Source: Vulcanimicrobiota bacterium (GTDB lineage: Bacteria; Vulcanimicrobiota; Xenobia; Xenobiales; JADMJV01). Taken from it: 64,000 nt of DNA. A program made the position numbers and the translations under genes. Below the pieces are notes generated by a model. That model saw only the letters and a list, made by a program, of their open reading frames with translations. It did no database searches and had not been told where the DNA came from. The DNA is taken from NCBI GenBank assembly GCA_050250895.1, contig JBFWNU010000008.1:1-64000 (forward strand). The letters are read 5' to 3'. Shown one piece after another: positions 57,745 through 64,000 of the stretch; the first letter of the stretch is position 1, and the number at the start of each line of letters is the position of its first letter.

Positions 57745-57919
57745 TTGAATCCCTTCTTTGCGGTTGTCCCCGCAGGCAAAATTTTCTCCCTAACATTACC
57801 CCTCGAGGTCGAACATCCAAACCCTTTGGGCAATACCTTTTCCTGGCTTGGGAGGTCTGTTGCCTTTAACCTTCGAAGCCGGTGGCCCGGTATAAGCCGA
57901 AATCTTCTGGAGGTTAAGT

Positions 57920-60667
57920 GTGCCCAAGGCCCTGGTTGTCACCGAAAAGCCAAGCGTGGCTCGAGATATAGCGTCCGCACTGCGCGGCTTTGAAGACGAG
58001 AAAGAGTTCTTTGAGAACGACATGTTCGTGGTTACCTGGGCGGTGGGTCACCTGCTGGAGTTTCTCGAACCCGAAGCCATCGATCCTAAGTACAAGCGAT
58101 GGATGCTCGAGGACTTGCCCATTATCCCGAGCCCGTTTTCGCTTCAGCCCAAGTCGGGTCAGAGCGAGCGTCTCAAAGTGCTCAAGAAGCTCTACAAGCG
58201 CGACGATGTCACTACCATTATCAACGCCTGCGACGCCGGTCGTGAAGGTGAGCTGATCTTCCGCGAGATCGTCGACTATCTCCACTCTTTCAAAAACTCG
58301 CCCAGTCCCAAACCGATGAAACGCCTGTGGCTGCAATCGATGACCAGCGAAGCCATCCGCGATGGCTTTTCTAGCTTGCGCCCCGGCGAAGAGTTCGACG
58401 GCCTGGGCTACGCGGCCCAGTGTCGCTCCGAGGCCGACTGGCTGATCGGGATCAACGCCACTCGTGCCCTGACCCGGCGCATGAAGACGCGCACCGAGAA
58501 GACGGCCTGGTCGGCCGGTCGAGTGCAGACGCCGACGCTGGCTTTGCTGGTCGACCGAGAACTCGAGAGTCTGGCCCACCGGCCCGAGCCGTTCTGGCGC
58601 ATCAAAGCGAATTTTCGCGCGGGCGGCCACAGCTACGAGGGCACCTGGTATGATCCCGACTTCGTGCCCGATCCCGACCTGCCCCGAAAAGACGACTGGA
58701 TCACCGAGCAGGCGGTGCTCGACCGCATCCTGGCCGAGATCACGGGCAAACCTGGTCACGCTCAAGAAACTCGCAAGCTGCACAAAGAGAGCGCTCGTCC
58801 GCTTTTTGACCTGACCAGTCTACAGCGCGAGGCCAACCGGCGCTTCGGTTTTTCGGCTCGTCAGACCCTGCAGGCAGCTCAGCGGCTCTATGAGACTCAT
58901 AAAGCGCTCACTTATCCCAGAACCGACTCGAAGTGCCTGCCCAACGACTATAAAAACCATGTGCGCGAGGTGATCGACGGCTTTGCCTCGGGCACCGAGT
59001 TTGGCGGCGCGGCGCGCTACTTGCAGCAGAAGGGCCTGCAAAATCAGAGCAAGGTCTTCGATGATTCGCAGGTCAGCGACCACTTCGCCATCATCCCTAC
59101 CAAAGGGCGCGTGCCTGCAGGCCTGTCCGGAGCTGACGCCAAGATTTACGATTTGGTGACGCGACGCTTCCTGGCGGCCTTCTACCCGCCGGCCGAGTGG
59201 ACTCGAGTCGAGCGCACCACCGTGATTGAAGGTCATCATTTCCGTAGCCGAGCTCGCTTTCTGACCACCCCCGGCTGGTATGAGGTGTGGGGTAAGGAAG
59301 AAGGAGAAGGCAAATATTTGCCTCCCTTGCAGGCTCTCGACAAGGCTGCCAAGGAGTTGGCCGAGGGTCTGGCGGGCAAGGCCGTGGCTCCCAGCCAGGC
59401 TCGGCCCGGCTGGGCTGCGGTGCGTTGCGATAAGGCCGACTCGGAGTCTGACGAGACCCGCCCGCCGGCCCGCTATAGCGAGGCCCGCTTGTTGTCGCTG
59501 ATGGAGCATGCCGGTAAGCAGGTCGAAGACGAAGAGATCACCGAGGTGCTTAAAGGGAAGGGCCTGGGCACTCCGGCTACCCGCGCCGACATCATCGAGA
59601 ACCTGGTCTCGAAGCAGTATGCTCGCCGCGCCGAGAAGACCCTGAGGGCTACCCCCAAGGGTATCTTGCTCATCGATCTGTTGCGCCGCATCAAGGCCGA
59701 GCGATTGGCTTCTCCGCGCCTGACCGGCGAACTCGAGTTGCATCTGGCCGAGGTCGAAAGCGGCCAGCGCAGTCGCGACGACTTTATGGCCGAGGTGGTG
59801 GAGTACACCGAAGAGATCGTGCGCCTGGCCAAGACCTTTCAGTATGACGAACTCTATCTCAAGGACCCGCCGCTGGGCGATTGTCCCATCGCCAAGCACC
59901 TGAAGGTGGTCGAGCGGTCTCGCTTTTACTGCTCGGAAGACAATACCGGCAAGAACGGTCAGGGTGTGGGCTTTATCATCTGGAAAGAAAAGAACGGGCG
60001 CTACATCGACCGAACCACCATGGTCGAGCTGTTGACCCAGGGCGAGACTCCATTGCTGGAGGGTTTTCTCACCAGCCGCGGCCAGGGTTACAAGGGCAAG
60101 CTGCGCCTCGACAAAGAGGGCAATCTCGAACTGATCTCCGAAGACGGAAAGGTGGCGGGAGGCCCGGTGGCCGTGGTCGAGATTCCCGACGACGCTACCC
60201 CGCTGGTGGATTGTCCCTTCAACTCGGCGTGCAACATCTATCAGACCGAAGTGGCCTACCAGTGTCGCTGCGACGAGACTTGCAAGGCGACCCACAAGAA
60301 GCTCAAAAGCGTGGCGATCTTGCCGCGCGTGGTCTGCCACCGCGAAATCAGCCCGGAAGAGGCGGTGCAGTTCTTTGCCGAAGGCAAGACCGACGAGTGG
60401 GATAACTTCATTTCCCGTTACGGTCGCCCGTTTAAAGCCAAGCTCTTCCTGAAAGACAACGGCAAGCACGGCTTCGAGTTTGCGCCTCGTGCTCCCAAGA
60501 AGAAGAAGGAGAAAGCCCCCGACTCGGACCAGGGGACCAAGACGAAGGCCAAGTCCAAGAAGGGCAAGTCCACAGCCAACTCCAAGACCAAGTCCAAGGC
60601 CAAAACGAAGGCCAAAGCGAAGACCAGGGCCAAGACGAAAGCTAAGGCCAAAGCAAAGAAAGAATAA
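57920..60667 (+). CDS. topB: DNA topoisomerase III (type IA) with Lys-rich tail
   Basis: EKPSVA, GHL, ACDAGREGELIF, RLWLQSMT, SAGRVQTPTL, TYPRTDS, GLGTPATRA. Confidence 0.9.
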   Translation: MPKALVVTEKPSVARDIASALRGFEDEKEFFENDMFVVTWAVGHLLEFLEPEAIDPKYKRWMLEDLPIIPSPFSLQPKSGQSERLKVLKKLYKRDDVTTIINACDAGREGELIFREIVDYLHSFKNSPSPKPMKRLWLQSMTSEAIRDGFSSLRPGEEFDGLGYAAQCRSEADWLIGINATRALTRRMKTRTEKTAWSAGRVQTPTLALLVDRELESLAHRPEPFWRIKANFRAGGHSYEGTWYDPDFVPDPDLPRKDDWITEQAVLDRILAEITGKPGHAQETRKLHKESARPLFDLTSLQREANRRFGFSARQTLQAAQRLYETHKALTYPRTDSKCLPNDYKNHVREVIDGFASGTEFGGAARYLQQKGLQNQSKVFDDSQVSDHFAIIPTKGRVPAGLSGADAKIYDLVTRRFLAAFYPPAEWTRVERTTVIEGHHFRSRARFLTTPGWYEVWGKEEGEGKYLPPLQALDKAAKELAEGLAGKAVAPSQARPGWAAVRCDKADSESDETRPPARYSEARLLSLMEHAGKQVEDEEITEVLKGKGLGTPATRADIIENLVSKQYARRAEKTLRATPKGILLIDLLRRIKAERLASPRLTGELELHLAEVESGQRSRDDFMAEVVEYTEEIVRLAKTFQYDELYLKDPPLGDCPIAKHLKVVERSRFYCSEDNTGKNGQGVGFIIWKEKNGRYIDRTTMVELLTQGETPLLEGFLTSRGQGYKGKLRLDKEGNLELISEDGKVAGGPVAVVEIPDDATPLVDCPFNSACNIYQTEVAYQCRCDETCKATHKKLKSVAILPRVVCHREISPEEAVQFFAEGKTDEWDNFISRYGRPFKAKLFLKDNGKHGFEFAPRAPKKKKEKAPDSDQGTKTKAKSKKGKSTANSKTKSKAKTKAKAKTRAKTKAKAKAKKE

Positions 60668-60670
60668 ATC

Positions 60671-62629
60671 GTGGCCGCTTCTGCCTGGTGGAAGATCCAC
60701 TGCACCCCCGAAGAGACCCAGGAGACCCTCGCGCGCATCCGAGACAATGCGAGCCCGGGCCCCACCTACTTCGTGCTGCTCATTCTCTCGACGTTGATCG
60801 CGGCCTACGGACTGGTCTCGAACTCGACCGCGACCGTGATCGGAGCGATGATCGTGGCTCCTTTGATGGGACCGATTCTGGGACTCGGTCTGGCGGTGGT
60901 GCGTAAAGACTCCGAAACGTTCTATAGCTCGCTGTTTGCCGAGGTGGTCGGGGTCGCGTTGGTGATCCTGACCGGAATGCTGGTGGCGTTCGTGGTCTCG
61001 CCTCACAGCATCGACTTCGCCCTGGGAGAGATCGTGGGCCGAACCCGGCCAACTCTGTATGACCTGGCCATAGGTTTTGCGGCCGGATTGGCCGGGGCCT
61101 ACTGTACGGTCCATCCCAGGCTGCAGGCGTCGGTGGCTGGCGTGGCCATCGCCGTGGCTCTGGTGCCTCCCTTAACCGTGACCGGTCTGACCATGGCCGG
61201 AGCCATTGCCGGCGAGACCCAGTTCGACGCTCCGCTGGGCTCGTTTATGCTGTTTTTCGCCAATTTCCTCACCATTGAACTGGCTTCGATCATCGTCTTT
61301 TTAATGGCCGGTATGGGCGAACTCGACGCGGTGTTCAGCCGCCAGGGCCTGGGCCGTTCGTTGATCATCAAGTTGATGTTGCTGGTAGGGACCGGCTGGT
61401 TTCTCACCAATCAGTTACACAATCTGGTCCGCGAACGCATCGCTGGCGAAGAGTCAAGGCGCGTTCTCAGTGCCTATCTGGGCGGAGTCAAAGGGGCCCG
61501 CCTCGAGAGTTCTAGCGTGCAACTCTCTAAGCAGGGCACCTCGGTCTATGCGGTGGTCACCTCTCGGCAAGAGATTCGGCCCACGCAGGTGGCCGACATT
61601 GAAAAGCTGCTCGACGAGGCCCTGTCCGCAGACTATCGGCCCGTGACCCTGAGCGTTCGCTCGATCAGCTCTACCTGGGCTTCGGCTACGGAATTTCTGG
61701 ATGAACCGCCGAGGGCCAAGCCCGACCCGGAGGCGCTGCGGCGCCAAGCTTTCGACCGTGTGTTTCGCCAGGCCCTCTCGAACCAGCCGATCGAGCTCGA
61801 ATCGTTTCGCTTGCTCCCGAATACGGAGGGGGCGCGCCAGGCCCTGGTGACGGTGATTGCTCCCTATGCCATGAGCCCGCCCCTGGTTCGTGAACTAGAA
61901 ACCCGGGTCAATGACGCCGTGGCCAAGGAGTCGGTTCTGGCCGGGCCTCCGGTGAAACTGACGGTCCGGAGCGTGGTCATCCGCTCGGCCAATGCCGACC
62001 AGGACGTTCCTTACTCGGCTCCCGACACCCGCTCGCAAGTCGAAAAGGAGCGGCTGGCGTTCGAGGCTTCGGTGCGCGAGAAACTCAGCGGACTGGTGGC
62101 AAGTCAGGGCGGCAGCAGCTTGCTGGAAGCCCACCTGAATCAAGATAAAGAGGCCTCCACCGAGGCTTTGCAGGTCGAGACGGTGAGGGTGGTTCTGCAG
62201 GCTCCCAAACTTTTGGCCCCCGACCTGGTGACCCACTGGGAAAAGGAGTTGAGTGACACCTTTTCAGACGACACGGTCAAGCGCGAATTTCAGCTCGAGA
62301 TCGAGCAACGACTGGGAGCCACGATCGGTCGCTCTTTGTTGGAGCAGGAGGCCCGTAAAGCGGCCCAGGTGCGCCGCGTCGAGGCCAGCCTCGCCAAGGT
62401 CGTGAGCGCCGCCAAAGGGTGGGTCGACGGCCGGCCCGTGGTCTCTACCCTGGCTCCGCCTAAGCCCGGTGCTAAGCCGATTTTGGCCGTGGGGGCGGTA
62501 GTGGTGACGGTCACGCCGCTCAAGCCCGAAGTGGTGAAAAAGTGGGAGAAAAGCCTGCAACAAGACGAGCCCGATTACGTCGTGAAATTGGCCGTCGACA
62601 ACCGCCTCGGTCGCCTGCTCCGGCCTTAG
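60671..62629 (+). CDS. DUF389/TIGR00341 membrane protein with extended repeated C-terminal domain
   Basis: NSTATVIGAMIVAPLMGPI, RTRPT..DL, GVAIAVALVPPL. Confidence 0.9.
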   Translation: MAASAWWKIHCTPEETQETLARIRDNASPGPTYFVLLILSTLIAAYGLVSNSTATVIGAMIVAPLMGPILGLGLAVVRKDSETFYSSLFAEVVGVALVILTGMLVAFVVSPHSIDFALGEIVGRTRPTLYDLAIGFAAGLAGAYCTVHPRLQASVAGVAIAVALVPPLTVTGLTMAGAIAGETQFDAPLGSFMLFFANFLTIELASIIVFLMAGMGELDAVFSRQGLGRSLIIKLMLLVGTGWFLTNQLHNLVRERIAGEESRRVLSAYLGGVKGARLESSSVQLSKQGTSVYAVVTSRQEIRPTQVADIEKLLDEALSADYRPVTLSVRSISSTWASATEFLDEPPRAKPDPEALRRQAFDRVFRQALSNQPIELESFRLLPNTEGARQALVTVIAPYAMSPPLVRELETRVNDAVAKESVLAGPPVKLTVRSVVIRSANADQDVPYSAPDTRSQVEKERLAFEASVREKLSGLVASQGGSSLLEAHLNQDKEASTEALQVETVRVVLQAPKLLAPDLVTHWEKELSDTFSDDTVKREFQLEIEQRLGATIGRSLLEQEARKAAQVRRVEASLAKVVSAAKGWVDGRPVVSTLAPPKPGAKPILAVGAVVVTVTPLKPEVVKKWEKSLQQDEPDYVVKLAVDNRLGRLLRP

Positions 62630-62645
62630 GGCCTGTCAGGAACTA
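62629..62645. repeat. Solo copy of the MITE end seen at 19696
   Basis: TTA|GGGCCTGTCAGGAACTA vs TAA|GGGCCTGTCAGGAAATA. Confidence 0.65.
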
Positions 62646-62652
62646 ACTCCCC

Positions 62653-64000
62653 TTAGCGGTTGAAGCGCTCTTCCAGGTCTTTGAGGGCCTGGCGTAGCTT
62701 GCCCTCGCCGTCTTTGGGCTTATCGCTCGTCGGTTCGGGCAGGCTCAAGCGCTTCTGCGAGTCGGACAGTTGACCGCTAAGCCCCTCGACCTCGGTCTGC
62801 AGCTCTTTGATCTCGCCCATCTTGACCGACAGCTGATTCTGCAACTGGGAGTTGCGTTGACCCAGCTCGGTGTGGGTGCGCTCGAGCTGCTTGGACAATT
62901 CTTCGATGCGGCCCTCGCGGGCTGAAATGACCAGCTTCTGGCGGGCCGAGACCTCAGTGAGCTTGGTGATCTCGATCCGAAGTCGGTCGACTTCGCCATT
63001 GTTGAGTTCATCTTCAAGGTCTCGGATACGCTCGAGTTTGGCCTTGATGGTCTCATCGAGTTCGCTGTTGCGCCGACGGGCCGCCTCGAGCTTTGCCTCG
63101 GCCTGCAAAAGTTTGCCCTCTAACTCGCCAATGAAATGTTCCTTGTCGATCAGGTTGCGCCGCATGTCCCGCATGCGCATCTCCCAGTCTTCGAGCCGGG
63201 TCCGCGCCATCTCTAGCTCGCTCTCGGTGTTATTGAGCTGGCGCCGGTATTCCTGAGACTGCTGGTCGGCGGTTTCGAGACGAGAGTTATAGCTTTCGAG
63301 TTCGGTCTGGGCCGACTGCAGGTCGCTCTTGAGCGAGAGGACCTGGCGCTCTTTTTCGGCGATACGAGCGTTGAGTTCGGCCACCGCCTGGCGCGTGCCC
63401 TCGAGTTGGCCCAGGGCCGAAGAGGTGTTGATATTGGCGTCGCGCAACTGGGCCTCGTAGCCCTGGAGTTCTTTCTCGCGCGTCGACAGAGCTTCTTCCA
63501 GGCGAAGCACCTCGGCCTGCGCCTCAGAGAGCTGGGCGCGAGCTCGAGTCAGCTCTTGCTGCAGCGAGACGGCGTCGAGCCCAAACTCGCCCGACGGCAT
63601 CAGGCCCCGGGTTTCTTCTTGCAGGCCCTCGAGTTCGGCTACGCGTGACTGCAGTGTCTCCAACTCTTCGAGGAGCTCGGCGTTTTCGCTCGCCTTGTCC
63701 TCCAGTTCGCTCAGGCGGTGGTCGCGCGTGGAAAGCTCTTTGAGCAATTCGTTGATCCGTTGTCGAGAACTTTCGGTTTGCGTCTTGAGCTGCTCGATCT
63801 GTTCGAGCAGACGATCTCGCTCGGCCGCGTCGGAGCCGGGTCGCTCGGTGGCCAGGGTCAGTTGCCATTCGAGTTCGGCCAGCCGAGTGCGCGCCTTTTG
63901 CGCAGCCGCCTGGGCTTCGTCGTGGCGGCCTCTCAGCTCGTCGAGTTGGCCGCGAGTCTTGACCAATTCTTCTTGAGTGGAGTGAAGTCGTTCGGTAGCC
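62653..64000 (-). CDS. Long coiled-coil protein, 5'-partial
   Basis: Continuous heptad pattern; the frame stays open to the window edge. Confidence 0.88.
   Translation of the reverse strand, partial: ATERLHSTQEELVKTRGQLDELRGRHDEAQAAAQKARTRLAELEWQLTLATERPGSDAAERDRLLEQIEQLKTQTESSRQRINELLKELSTRDHRLSELEDKASENAELLEELETLQSRVAELEGLQEETRGLMPSGEFGLDAVSLQQELTRARAQLSEAQAEVLRLEEALSTREKELQGYEAQLRDANINTSSALGQLEGTRQAVAELNARIAEKERQVLSLKSDLQSAQTELESYNSRLETADQQSQEYRRQLNNTESELEMARTRLEDWEMRMRDMRRNLIDKEHFIGELEGKLLQAEAKLEAARRRNSELDETIKAKLERIRDLEDELNNGEVDRLRIEITKLTEVSARQKLVISAREGRIEELSKQLERTHTELGQRNSQLQNQLSVKMGEIKELQTEVEGLSGQLSDSQKRLSLPEPTSDKPKDGEGKLRQALKDLEERFNR

Noticed and set aside
56188-61114. Long antisense ORFs (56188-57993, 58820-61114; similarly 23396-24937 and 42843-44024)
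   Set aside because: Shadow frames opposite well-supported genes, expected with high-GC codon bias.
62653-64000. SMC/chromosome segregation protein call
   Set aside because: Coiled coil only; no ATPase motifs at the C-terminus and the N-terminus is outside the window.

Overview
GC-rich bacterial chromosome segment, almost entirely coding. The taxon cannot be established here; gene style is compatible with a Terrabacteria lineage such as Ca. Eremiobacterota/Xenobia (inference only). Recognisable housekeeping loci are smpB, mqnE, surE, a comF-like gene, fbaB, topB, a moaD-moaE fusion and tRNA-Arg(ACG). There is no prophage, transposase, integrase or CRISPR-cas. Notable items: (i) two related intergenic repeat mosaics (1-699 and 51430-53822), the second flanking a lone S24/S26-peptidase-like gene and containing a microhomology-joined duplication, a block of nine hairpins and a spacer-less 40-bp tandem repeat; (ii) a 91-bp MITE-like element with TAA flanks sitting on stop codons, plus a solo end 43 kb away; (iii) a dispersed c-di-GMP set of two giant PAS-coiled-coil-GEDEF-EAL paralogs, a PilZ protein, a histidine kinase with a GGDEF-like input domain and an FlhA-C/FliG-like hybrid; (iv) a JAB/MPN-TM-LysM protein next to an NlpC/P60 peptidase; (v) a degenerate ArgRS paralog, an unannotated 52-aa membrane peptide ahead of a tandem-SPFH protein, probable CTG starts, and signal-peptide-less proteins sharing an N-terminal pattern. 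All calls are by-eye motif recognition; no database searches were run.
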